Origin: Octopus sinensis
Taxonomy: Eukaryota
Reading direction: 5' to 3'
DNA length: 64,000 bases
NCBI RefSeq assembly: GCF_006345805.1
Contig: NC_043007.1
Coordinates: forward strand, 72,540,001 to 72,604,000
Shown here: positions 48,640 through 55,700 of the stretch, one piece after another
How positions within the stretch are numbered: the stretch's first letter is position 1
Layout: each line of letters starts with the position of its first letter
Notes under the pieces: generated by a model
What the model saw: only the letters and a program-made list of their open reading frames with translations
Told to the model about the DNA's origin: nothing
The model's database searches: none
Position numbers and translations under genes: made by a program

Positions 48640-50292
48640 TTCCCTCTTACAACCTGCCTTCTGAGCTATCTTGTTCTGGTAACATTACTAAATCCCTCAC
48701 TTAGTTTCAATTTCTCTTCTTTCTTTTTAACTGCTTTATTCCACTCATTCACTCTCTCTCTCTCTCTCTCTCTTTCTCTCATTCTCACTCTCTCTCACTC
48801 TCTTTCTCTCTCACTCTCTCTTGCTAGCTGCCTCCTACCCCTCTCTCCTTGCACTGTTTTTTTTTTGTGTGTGTATGCTAGATATCTTGTTCTAGCAATG
48901 TTATTCAATCTCTCGCTTACTCAATTTAAATATACATACACACATTTACATTTGTATTAATACGGAAAAAAAATATAAATAAATATGACAATGTACTATA
49001 AAAGTAATTATTAATTATTATTGTAATATTTCAATATAAATAAGGAAACTTATTTCATCTTCTCCTCTTCCTCATCCCTATACATATTCAGAAAAAAAAT
49101 TAAATGGGGAAAAAAGTCAAATTAAATGTATCTTTGACACCCATCTGAGTATCTGTCTCCTCAATATAGTTTTTGTTGAAGTTATTAAATTTTTGAAAAA
49201 TTTCAATTACAAAGAAGCAAATAATAAATTTGCTTGACTAAAATGAATTTATTGATTTTGGGTTTGTATTATTTCTTTTACTTTCTTTTCTATTTATTTA
49301 TTGTATGTTTATTTTATTTTATTTTATTTTATTTACTCCTAGTAAGTTTATTGATGTATTTCCAGTGTGATAAACCTTACCAAGAATAGTTATTGAAAAA
49401 GCTCAGATGAAATTTGTCATGGAACCAGTTATTTTGTTCCTAATACAATTATTTGAGCAATTATCATTTAAGGGGTTTCATTTAGATAATCAACCTTGTT
49501 CTTTCTTGTTTTCTTGTGCTTGCACACATTTGCTGCTATAATTGTAGATACTAAGAAGTAAGATAATTACTAACAGCCTAAATCCTCTTATACCTCCACT
49601 TGTTTGTGACTAATCCAAACAAACCATCCTACTGGACTGCTCAGCTGCTTCTTCACCAACCACTAATATAACCTTTAGAATGCATCCTTTCATTTATTTC
49701 ACAAATGCTTCTGAAATAAACCCTTATTAGATATTTCGAATATAATAGTAAAAGGAGCAATTCTTAAGCATGTTTAAATTAATCACAGTGAGTTTTTCAT
49801 CATCTGATAACATGAGGCAATAAAATTAAATATTTCTGATACCCAAGGACAAAATTTTAAGTTGGAATTTAAGTGTTGGATATACCCACACATACACATA
49901 ATGGTTGCAGTCTAATGACTGATGCCTATGAAATAATGAAAGAAAACCATATAAAAAGTCCAAATAGTATTTTCTTTTTTAAAAAATGGGAAGACACTAT
50001 GTTTATAATATATTATATAAAAATATACAAAGGTGCATTTTCCCCCACACTTCTTTGACATAGTGCTTTGTAAAATTGTCTAAGTAAGCACCCACCTATA
50101 ATGAATATATTTCTGTAGGATTTGATTTAAGTCTTCTAAGTTTTGAATAATTCAGACTTGTCTTAAAAATGATCTGTGTCTGAATAATTTGAAATTTAGT
50201 TACTAGTGACACCTAAAATCTTTCTACTCTTCTTGTAGGGGGCACCGCAGTAGCTTAATAATGACCCAAGAAGATGTACCAATTTCAGAACA
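3630..50292 (+). CDS. MAP4K3: MAP4K3/MAP4K5-like (happyhour) STE20 GCK-I kinase, partial multi-exon gene (14 coding exons in window; first exon and CNH-domain exons outside)
   Basis: Hand-spliced exons with canonical AG/GT ends and matching phases give one 1088-nt open frame with [30 protein letters not shown] and the GCK-I-specific [45 protein letters not shown] stretch. Confidence 0.96.
4520..4909. mobile_element. piggyBac-type MITE (TTAA...AAAGGG TTAA), interrupted by a hAT MITE
   Basis: TTAA at 4520-4523 and 4906-4909; body shared with copies at 8605, 25824 and 26818. Confidence 0.8.
4691..4844. mobile_element. hAT-type MITE, 154 bp
   Basis: TIRs CAGGGCTGTGAAGT / ACTTCACAGCCCTG and a perfect 8-bp TSD GTTGCAAC (4683-4690, 4845-4852). 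Confidence 0.92.
5309..7455 (-). mobile_element. 5'-truncated RTE-clade LINE (RT, Cys-rich finger, C-terminus, 3'UTR, (ATG)n tail), frameshifted
   Basis: ORF pieces 6965..7471 ([14 protein letters not shown]), 6328..6741 (LLYADE, WPCSIC...C), 5849..6280 ([23 protein letters not shown]); tail at about 5309. Confidence 0.93.
7455..7668 (-). mobile_element. SINE family B copy
   Basis: Reverse complement of the family B core (ctggtacttattttatcaacccc...gaatttgaactcagaa). Confidence 0.8.
8155..8400 (-). mobile_element. RTE 3'-end copy
   Basis: catcatcat...ttccatgctggcatg...gctggatgccttcctaa, as in the LINE 3'UTR at 5309-5480. Confidence 0.78.
8605..8810. mobile_element. piggyBac-type MITE, partial
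   Basis: Ends tttaaatgccaaagggTTAA; body matches the 4520 family. Confidence 0.75.
8918..9380 (-). mobile_element. two degenerate RTE 3'-end copies in tandem (about 8918-9100 and 9165-9380)
   Basis: ttccaagctggcatgg...cagctggatg...caaccac...agagtgtactg occurs twice. Confidence 0.65.
9457..9502. repeat. perfect 21-bp inverted repeat with 4-nt loop
   Basis: ttttagatgttgaattaaggt-tttt-accttaattcaacatctaaaa. Confidence 0.95.
9995..10195 (+). mobile_element. RTE 3'-end copy, sense orientation, about 110 nt upstream of exon 3
   Basis: ggcacgtaaaaagcac...gcgttaggaagggcatccagc...gcatggaaagcgg...(atg)n. Confidence 0.88.
10303..10393 (+). CDS. MAP4K3: kinase exon 3: [29 protein letters not shown](R), alphaC helix
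   Basis: cttttcttgtag|GA...CTCAG|gtgagt, 91 nt, phase 1 to 2. Confidence 0.97.
10534..10999 (-). mobile_element. SINE family A, full-length, internal (TA)n/(CA)n
   Basis: Near-identical to the reverse complement of 63352-63770; tRNA-like head with ggttc B-box, accttgggcaagtg core. Confidence 0.92.
11152..11520 (+). mobile_element. SINE family A, full-length
   Basis: gcaggcatggctgtgtggtaag...ggcaccttgggcaagtgtcttctactatagcc...gactgaaacaggtaag. Confidence 0.9.
12065..12103. repeat. (CA)n microsatellite
   Basis: Uninterrupted CA run. Confidence 0.95.
12272..13030 (-). mobile_element. RTE 3' fragment with full 3'UTR and ORF end ([17 protein letters not shown])
   Basis: ORF 12955..13140 C-terminus matches the 5849 LINE; (CAT)n tail at 12272. 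Confidence 0.88.
13041..13462 (-). mobile_element. mariner (DD34D-like) transposase 3' remnant inserted between RTE fragments
   Basis: FHQDNAWSH and [12 protein letters not shown] (HPPYSPDLAPSDY-like) in ORF 13240..13422; TA plus TIR atgggtcatcccataaataatgc at 13039. Confidence 0.85.
13465..13620 (-). mobile_element. RTE fragment (Cys-rich finger region)
   Basis: [28 protein letters not shown] matches 6328..6741. Confidence 0.8.
13730..13915 (-). repeat. short repeat with a degenerate hammerhead-like core (Penelope pLTR-like)
   Basis: Minus strand reads CTGAAGG-aaggc-ttt-gctc-AAAAC, resembling CUGAnGA-stem II-GAAAC. Confidence 0.4.
14170..14425. mobile_element. palindromic MITE with about 62-bp imperfect TIRs, piggyBac-like ends
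   Basis: Arm 14170-14231 is the imperfect reverse complement of 14364-14425; ends ttat-cc...gg-ttaa. Confidence 0.8.
14828..15130 (+). mobile_element. RTE 3'-end copy, sense
   Basis: gttaggaagggcatccag...gcagacgttaaacgatgatgatg. Confidence 0.85.
15318..15712 (-). mobile_element. RTE 3'-end copy carrying about 24-bp tandem units
   Basis: ttccatgctggcatc...gctggatgcccttcctaatgccaacc followed by repeated gtgcttt...atggtaccagcacag. Confidence 0.82.
16510..16574 (+). CDS. MAP4K3: kinase exon 4: [21 protein letters not shown], hinge
   Basis: ttctttcag|G...CACA|gtaagt, 65 nt, phase 2 to 1. Confidence 0.97.
16600..16745. mobile_element. piggyBac-type MITE fragment (opposite orientation to the 4520 copy)
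   Basis: aaactggccaattctggcctctcacatctaccctacagtgtcatt... is the reverse of the family body. Confidence 0.7.
18140..18545 (-). mobile_element. CR1-like LINE 3' remnant
   Basis: ORF 18209..18397 [29 protein letters not shown] resembles the CR1 RT C-terminus; tail shared with the 42860 copy. Confidence 0.65.
18740..21370 (+). mobile_element. SINE A-head variant with RTE-like tail, split by the piggyBac (18740-18823 and 21068-21370)
   Basis: ggcaagtgtctactattatagcc|TTAA|gtgaaccaaagctgtgtgagt rejoins the family A core; tail gaagggcatccagctgtagaaa...(atg)n. Confidence 0.7.
18820..21067 (-). mobile_element. piggyBac transposon, 2240 bp between TTAA TSDs, defective PGBD4-like transposase
   Basis: TTAA 18820-18823 + CCCTTTGATACC; GGTGTTCTGAGGG + TTAA 21064-21067; ORF 19732..20823 (acidic N-terminus, [15 protein letters not shown]), 19258..19500 (YKWP), and a CxxCxxxLC Cys-rich tail near 19000-19100. 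Confidence 0.93.
22750..23170 (-). mobile_element. SINE family B with duplicated head segment, plus an adjacent partial copy
   Basis: gaactcagaa...agacagacaaaat occurs twice; aggcctgaaa...gactagtc recurs at 23135. Confidence 0.78.
23498..23810 (-). mobile_element. RTE 3'-end copy with short tandem units
   Basis: catcatcatc...ttccaagctggcatggg...gatggtttgacag. Confidence 0.8.
24053..24156 (+). CDS. MAP4K3: kinase exon 5: (I)[34 protein letters not shown]
   Basis: ttctttag|TT...ATTAAG|gtaaac, 104 nt, phase 1 to 0, HRD motif. Confidence 0.96.
24485..24775 (+). mobile_element. RTE-clade LINE 3' remnant (second family)
   Basis: Translates [28 protein letters not shown]...SDRTQWK. Confidence 0.75.
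25329..25371 (+). CDS. MAP4K3: kinase exon 6: [14 protein letters not shown](A)
   Basis: ttttgtag|GGT...TTAG|gtaagc, 43 nt, phase 0 to 1. Confidence 0.97.
25824..26140. mobile_element. piggyBac-type MITE plus duplicated 3' part
   Basis: Two successive tttgaacataaa...gtagaat...tttaaatgctaa ends; final AAAGGG TTAA at 26137-26140. Confidence 0.8.
26660..26732 (+). CDS. MAP4K3: kinase exon 7: [23 protein letters not shown](W), DFG and activation loop
   Basis: tgttttcag|CT...TATTG|gtaatt, 73 nt, phase 1 to 2. Confidence 0.97.
26818..27024. mobile_element. piggyBac-type MITE
   Basis: tttagcatttag...tttaaatgctaaaggc TTAA. Confidence 0.8.
27257..27605 (+). mobile_element. SINE family A copy
   Basis: tatggctgtatggtaag...ggcaagtgtcttctactatag...gactgaaacaag. 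Confidence 0.85.
28106..28237 (+). CDS. MAP4K3: kinase exon 8: [43 protein letters not shown](R)
   Basis: gtttacag|G...ATGAG|gtgagt, 132 nt, phase 2 to 2; also visible in ORF 28029..28241. Confidence 0.98.
29108..29582 (-). mobile_element. Tc1/mariner maT (DD37D-like) transposase 3' remnant
   Basis: [13 protein letters not shown]...[20 protein letters not shown]; TA + CAGG end at 29106. Confidence 0.85.
29583..29668 (+). mobile_element. second maT fragment, inverted relative to 29108-29582
   Basis: [27 protein letters not shown]. Confidence 0.75.
29700..30247 (+). mobile_element. Tc1 (DD34E) transposase 3' remnant
   Basis: [10 protein letters not shown]...[14 protein letters not shown]; terminal cagtg-TA at 30243-30249. 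Confidence 0.85.
30712..30940 (+). mobile_element. SINE family A, 3' half
   Basis: gtttgtccc...gacaaccgatgctggtgtgttt...gtgctccagcatggcc. Confidence 0.85.
30965..32140 (-). mobile_element. Helitron PIF1-like helicase remnant
   Basis: [89 protein letters not shown]. Confidence 0.9.
32150..32314. mobile_element. piggyBac-family terminal fragment
   Basis: Ends gtatcaaaaggg TTAA, the reverse of a TIR like the 18820 element; tcagccaggttggt shared with 41430-41549. Confidence 0.55.
32395..33200 (-). mobile_element. Penelope-like element, C-terminal RT tail and GIY-YIG endonuclease remnant
   Basis: [25 protein letters not shown]...KNTELASHI (ORF 32579..32872) and upstream NQPNMKH match the PLE linker and endonuclease pattern. 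Confidence 0.78.
33488..33550 (+). CDS. MAP4K3: kinase exon 9: [20 protein letters not shown](W)
   Basis: ttttcag|A...AAATG|gtaaga, 63 nt, phase 2 to 2. Confidence 0.96.
34633..34714 (+). CDS. MAP4K3: kinase exon 10: [27 protein letters not shown]
   Basis: gtatttcag|G...TAGAG|gtaagc, 82 nt, phase 2 to 0. Confidence 0.97.
34740..35252 (+). mobile_element. non-autonomous Helitron-like element, 513 bp
   Basis: 5' TC after A (34739), (TCTG)-rich start, caaccgattctgatgaaacttg motif, 3' CTAG followed by T (35253). Confidence 0.78.
35384..35579 (+). CDS. MAP4K3: exon 11: [65 protein letters not shown] (kinase end plus linker)
   Basis: ttttttttag|CAT...ACAA|gtaagt, 196 nt, open frame, HPF kinase end and VPQRI motif. 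Confidence 0.93.
35600..36062 (-). mobile_element. RTE 3'-end copy with about 63-bp tandem repeat array
   Basis: (CAT)n tail at 35600; units start at 35775, 35838, 35900, 35963 and about 36029. Confidence 0.9.
36950..37170 (+). mobile_element. SINE family B copy
   Basis: ttagcatgttggacaaaatgc...ttcaaattctgccaaggtcaacttt... Confidence 0.78.
37490..37524 (+). CDS. MAP4K3: exon 12: (I)[11 protein letters not shown]
   Basis: ttctttactttcag|TT...AAGG|gtaagt, 35 nt, phase 1 to 0; resembles the vertebrate DPPLRKETEP segment. Confidence 0.85.
38080..38322 (+). mobile_element. SINE family B, young full-length copy
   Basis: ggcggcgagctggcagaaatgttagcac...gagttcaaattccgctgaggtcgactttgcc...gcaataaagaaataagaaac. 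Confidence 0.92.
38772..38824 (+). CDS. MAP4K3: exon 13: [17 protein letters not shown](K)
   Basis: ttttttttag|GAA...AAAA|gtaagt, 53 nt, phase 0 to 2, joins neighbours in frame. Confidence 0.85.
41430..41549. mobile_element. piggyBac-family MITE end
   Basis: tcagccaggttggtaatgaaaggg TTAA. Confidence 0.5.
42860..43440 (-). mobile_element. CR1-like LINE 3' remnant
   Basis: Minus strand [15 protein letters not shown]; cctgcaaagg...gactaaa tail shared with the 18140 copy. Confidence 0.6.
44715..45192 (+). mobile_element. two SINE family B copies in tandem separated by (ATT)n
   Basis: Core gactttgcctttcat...aagtaccag occurs twice (about 44810 and 45070). Confidence 0.87.
45524..45562 (+). CDS. 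MAP4K3: exon 14: [12 protein letters not shown](R)
   Basis: ttctctcctag|G...CACAG|gtagga, 39 nt, phase 2 to 2; matches the conserved SLLKSVEEELHQR motif of MAP4K3. Confidence 0.9.
46930..46968. repeat. (TA)n microsatellite
   Basis: Uninterrupted TA run. Confidence 0.95.
48595..48870. repeat. (CT)n-rich polypyrimidine tract with an internal duplicated unit
   Basis: Long CT runs; atcttgttct...aat...ctc.cttaXt.caatt occurs twice. Confidence 0.85.
50239..50292 (+). CDS. MAP4K3: exon 15: [17 protein letters not shown]
   Basis: tctactcttcttgtag|G...GAACA|gtaaga, 54 nt, phase 2 to 2, continues RG-H as in vertebrate MAP4K3. Confidence 0.82.
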
Positions 50293-51279
50293 GTAAGAAT
50301 CATTTACTTTTTAAAGGCATTTTTGCATCAACACCTCTATAGAATCCATTTAATGTGTCTACATGATAATCGGCGTTTTCTCAGTTACTCTGAGGTGGTC
50401 CCTCCCCCTTTGTTACTTGATGTTGGAAAAGCTATATATACACACACACACACACCTATATATACATGTATATATATATGTGTGTGTGTGTGTGTATATA
50501 TATAAACTTTCGAAAAGTAATAGAGCAGATATTCTAAGTTCTGATTGATAAATTATCTTTATAAACATCTGTATATCTGCTTTCAGTATTAACTGAATAA
50601 TTCTTAACTATGGTGGTGTTAAAATACCAAAATTTGGAATTCTTTTTCAAATACTTTTTTTTTTATTACCTTTAACCCCTACCTGTCTACCCAGATTCCA
50701 ATCAAAAGTATCCTTTATCCAAAACAGTGTGTATTGCATGGCATCAAGGAGTTCTTCAATGCTTCTATAAAAATATTCTTTAACCAACTAGACTATCAAT
50801 CCTACTCTCTATTTCAGTAATCTCTCTTTGTGATTTGTCTTAATACATAATAACCACCAATGATTCTGCAATATAGCTTCTTTTTGTTTTTCTGTTTCTT
50901 GTATTATTTTACATATTCTGGTATTATTACAAATCTGCATTTGTCTCGTTGGCAACTTTCCAGCACTTCTATTGCATTCCTTAATGCTATCATTGCATGT
51001 TTTCTTGCTGTGCTATCATAACTGTTGGTTGGTTTAGTTCTTTTGTATTTCCATCTCCTTTTCCATTTTCATCAGACTGCACTACACTTTGCTCTTGCAA
51101 GCACTGATCACCATTTAGTCACTTTGATGTTGATTGCTTAGGTAAAGAAAATGTCTTAATTGCTACTCTAAAATTATTTCCTTTTCCTATGGTGCAAAAG
51201 ATATAAAGTTTATTTCAACAAATGTGTTCATCATAATATATATGCATTAAGTTAACTCTCTTTTTGTATATTTTTGGAT

Positions 51280-51640
51280 TACATAATGAAAATACTTGAT
51301 AAAATAGCTAAACACGCATTTGGAATAAACCATATGGCATCATCCAAAATTTCTTCTGCCACAAGTGAGATTGACAGATGAGCAAAGGGAACTGATTCTG
51401 TGACTACTTTGAGCAGGTTAACTGAAAAATTGATAATAGTCATATTGTCATCATTGCTGGTTGTGTCATGAATCACCAAGAATTGTATACTGATGATTAT
51501 GGTAAAAGAAAGTTCCTGGAGTTCTCCTGTGCAAATAATGAAACCATTTCCAACAAATCAACCGGCCAACTACTCATCTTCCACACCTGAGTGATTTTGC
51601 CTTCAGAAAAAGGAAAAGTGATTGTGTCCATTTCAAATCA
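51280..51640 (+). mobile_element. degenerate LINE APE endonuclease remnant
   Basis: HIVIIAG...GKRKFLEFSCANNETISN...DFAFRKR resembles the RTE endonuclease. Confidence 0.5.
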
Positions 51641-51689
51641 GTCCATTTATCCATCCATCCATCTTCTCCGCTCACTATTCTTAGATGAG

Positions 51690-51990
51690 TCTTGGAATAA
51701 GGTCCTCAAGTACCTTCTCCATAGGATCGTATCAGAAGCAGCTTTCATTAGACTTCCCTGCTGGTTTCTTAAGCAAGACCAACTGAGACTATGAATATTG
51801 TCCAACTATCTTTTTCTTGGTCTACTCCTAGGTCTCCTGCTGGTTGGCACAGCTTGAAGAATCTGTTTTGTGATTCTTTCCTGTGACATTCTAATCTGTA
51901 ATACTGTGACCTCTCATTGTGGAAAGGTAGCAGCTTGACCTGGAGATACTCCTTGATCTTCAGGCTATATACACTGTTGAGTAATGTCAC
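51690..51990 (-). mobile_element. RTE-clade 3' remnant (same family as 24485)
   Basis: Minus strand RRPRSRPRKR.LDNI. Confidence 0.65.
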
Positions 51991-52540
51991 TCCAGAGAGA
52001 AAATATAGAATTTACATATCTCTCTGTTAAACGAAATTGTTAGTCAGCACTAGATGACATATAACATAGGGTAGAGAAAACAGAGAAGTATAGTTAAGAG
52101 TTTGTTTCACATCATCAGGTGTTCAATAGATAATTTTATGTGCGTTTTCCTGAGGCATTTAAGAGAAGCAGTATGAAGGAAGAGGGCCTGAAGCATGAGC
52201 AAACAAAACCTAGCTGTTGCATTTTAGCAAAGCAGGAAATGGCTCAACCCCTATTCTTCAGATTTAGGCCCTATTGATTTGTTTGTTCTCAAAGTTGGAA
52301 TTCAACATTGTTGCTAATTTCGGATAATAAATTAAAGAAAATTCACTCTAAGTTCTATGCATTACTGTTGAAAGTGCATTTAAAACTGGAGGGAGAAAGG
52401 TGGGGGGAAGCATTGCTAGTGAGACACCAACAGTTGAGAGAACTATTTTGAAGAATACAAGTCTGATTAAAATTGTAAATGAGCAATAAATTTGTTTTGA
52501 AAAAATATGGCTCCTTTCTGGATAGGCCATATATATATAT

Positions 52541-52577
<37 letters not shown>

Positions 52578-53301
52578 TTGGGTGCATGAATGTGTATTTA
52601 TAGATGTGAAGGTACTAGGAATTAGTATTTACACATATTCTCCTCATACTCACACGACAGGCTTCTATACAATTTCCAACGATCAATTCCACTCGAAGCT
52701 ATTGAAGAAGATTCTTGTCCAAAATACCATACGGTGGGATCAAACCTGAAATGATGTGGTAGTGAGGCGAATTCTTGTAACAATCTGTCATACTTGTGCC
52801 TAACCATTTTGACAGGTTATATTCCATTCTATGCAAGGGGTCCCAATTGTAACTTCTGGAAATTTGTTCCATCTGTATTAGCAGAAAGTTCCTATCCAAT
52901 GTGTGAGAGTCTTGGTATCAAGTATGGAAACAGTTTGTCATAGTACAGCAGAAACATTGAAGTGGCCTCCTAACTCTGAGTTCTATGAGTTTCTTTAGCT
53001 TGCGTGCATTTTCTAGAATACAGTTATCGCAGTGACCTCTGTTGTGCAACTGTTACATATGGGATAGATATCTTTTGTTCATACCAACACCCTGTCTGTG
53101 GTTATACATAGAATCTCAAGCTGTTTACAATTCCTATGGTGTAATTCAAGATTTGATGGACCTCTTTTTGTTTATCAAACAATTGATTTGATGGCTTAAA
53201 CATCTTCCTTTTTTGCTCAGACTTTCATTCTAGCAAGTGGTCATTTTACCTGGCTGCTGCAAGATCATTTACATTTGCTAATCATATTCTTTTCTACTAA
53301 T

Positions 53302-53694
53302 AGGCGCAGGAGTGGTTGTGTGGTAAGTAGCTTGCTTACCAACCACATGGTTCTGGGTTCAGTCCCTCTGCATGGCACCTTGGGCAAGTGTCTTCTACTA
53401 TAGCCTCGGGCCGACCAAAGCCTTGTAAGTGGATTTGGTAGACAGAAACTGAATGAAGCCCATCGTATGTATGTATGTGTGTGTATATGTTTGTGTGTCT
53501 GTGTTTGTCCCCCCAACATCACTTGACAACTGATGCTGGTGTGTTTACGTCCCCGTAACTTAGCAGTTCGGCAAAAGGGACCGATAGAATAAGTACTAGG
53601 CTTACAAAGAACAAGTCCTGGGGTCGATTTGCTTGACTAAAGGCGGTGCTCCAGCACGGCTGCTGTCAAATGACTGAAATAAGTAAAAAAGTAC
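53302..53694 (+). mobile_element. SINE family A, full-length
   Basis: Near-identical to 63352-63770. Confidence 0.92.
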
Positions 53695-54080
53695 TCTAGA
53701 CACAACGCCCAAAATTTTAGGGAAGGGAGCCAGTTGATTAGATTGACCCTAGTATGTAATTGGGTACTTAATTTATTGACTCTGAAAGGATGAAAGACAA
53801 AGTCAACCGCAGCGGAATTTGAACTCAGAACATAAAAACAGATGAAATACCGCTAAGCATTTCACCCGGTGTGGTAATGTTTCTTATTTCTTTATTGCCC
53901 ACAAGGGGCTTAGTTGATTAGATCAACCCCAGTGTATAACTGGTACTTAATTTATCGACCCCAAAAGGATGAAAGGCAAAGTCGACCTCAGCGGAATTTG
54001 AACTCAGAACGTAAAGACCAGATGAAATACCTCTAAGCATTTCGCCTGGCATGCTAACGTTTCTACTAGCTCACCGCCTA
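53695..54080 (-). mobile_element. two SINE family B copies in tandem
   Basis: ggtacttaatttat.gac...gaatttgaactcagaac occurs twice. Confidence 0.88.
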
Positions 54081-54097
54081 ATCATATTGGTGTAGAC

Positions 54098-54361
54098 CAG
54101 GCATGCCATACATGTGGCCCACGAGTGGGGTAGCTTGAGTTTTAAAAATGAGGAACCCTAAACATTTTTAATTATAAAAATAAGTTGGGGTTATTGGTGA
54201 GCAAGCAAAAGGTTTTAAAAGATTTTTACCTAATGATAAAAAAATTTATATGATGGAAATCTTTGTTGTAAACTTGTGCTTAAAAATATGCAACCCCCAT
54301 GGTAACATGTATGTGAGCAATGCATCTCACAGAGACTCTGCAGTGCAGTTTGACATATCTG
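54098..54361. mobile_element. probable hAT MITE
   Basis: CAGGCATGCCATAC start and GTTTGACATATCTG end (imperfect TIR); degenerate 8-bp flanks gtgtagac / gtgtgggt. Confidence 0.5.
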
Positions 54362-55439
54362 GTGTGGGTAGCATTGAGTCATAACTATAAAAGCATAGTT
54401 CATTTCCATATGTTTTGATCGGAATCACATCGTAATGGAAACAGAACAACAACAGCAGGTCAAATACTGACACTTGTAACAATCATACATTAATGGATGA
54501 CATAATCACAGGGTTGACTTAATTATTGATGGATCTTCTATCAAAAAACTTGGCATGACTTTATCAGAAGTCTGCTATGCCTTTTAGGTGGTCTTATGTA
54601 GGAAGCCCTACAGATATTTTTAGCTGATTATTCTATTTGTTGGTGATACAGAGTAATAAATTGTATATGTTGATAGTTTGATGAACTAATTGTGAATTCC
54701 TTCTTGTGTAAAAGTATCACACGGTCAGTTTTTCATTTTTATGGAAATTAACTACAAAGCAGGGGTGAAATAGGTATCTTAGAGGATTGGCAAGTTCTTT
54801 ACATTTCCTTTTGGGTATTTAACAAGAATCTTATCACCACTGTTAGATTTCTGTATATTTAGAGTTTCTCTGTTGTCTTTCTTCAATCTTTTGTTTTAGG
54901 GATCTCACTCACATTATATCAAAACTTGCATGATTTTAGTGGTTGCTCATTAATATTTGGTGGTTTTTCTGCTTAGGTCATTGCCTTTGCCTTTTACTAT
55001 TGACTATGTCTAATGATTTTATATATATGAGTGGCCTATGTTGTAGAGCAAGGAAGAGAACAGTTTTCAATACTGTTGTTAGTTGTTGCGTTTTCTCTCA
55101 TTCTGTCTTTCAGTTATCTTTTCGCTTGATCTCTGTATGTTTTACCAGCAATTGTGGATGTTCCACTTCACTGAACCTCAACTTTCTGCTCTATCCCCTC
55201 ACTCCAGATGGGTGTGTACACGTCTCAATACTGAATTTCCTTTTACTTTATCTTTCACTCAGCCCCTACCCTTATTAAAGTGTGCACCCCTCTGTAACTT
55301 CCACTTTCCGATCTTGAAGCTGCTCAGATCTTTACTTAACCACTTCTTTCTTTGGTGAGGAAAAATGACAAGAATTACTGCAACATTTTTGGTTAGAAGC
55401 TCCACACACATGCACACACATTCAAATATTTTTGTTTCT

Positions 55440-55700
55440 GGATGTTATACCTGTCCCCTCATCTCAAACAGCGCATCTGTAACCAACCCAAAGACAACAG
55501 TATCCACAGCTCACTCACAACTTTAGTTGTACTTCTTCCAATTATACCAGTGACATTGCAGGAAGATTTTTTCCAATATAGTATTAGATGTAGGTGAAAC
55601 AGGACATCACTTGGTAATGGGGGGGGGCTACTAGAAACATTTCTATAGAGGTTGCCCTACCACATTCCAGGCAAACTTTTGGTACACAACTTCCCTCACT
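55440..55700 (+). mobile_element. Penelope-like GIY-YIG remnant
   Basis: TCPLISNS...CTSSN...DVGETGHHL across frameshifts. Confidence 0.45.
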
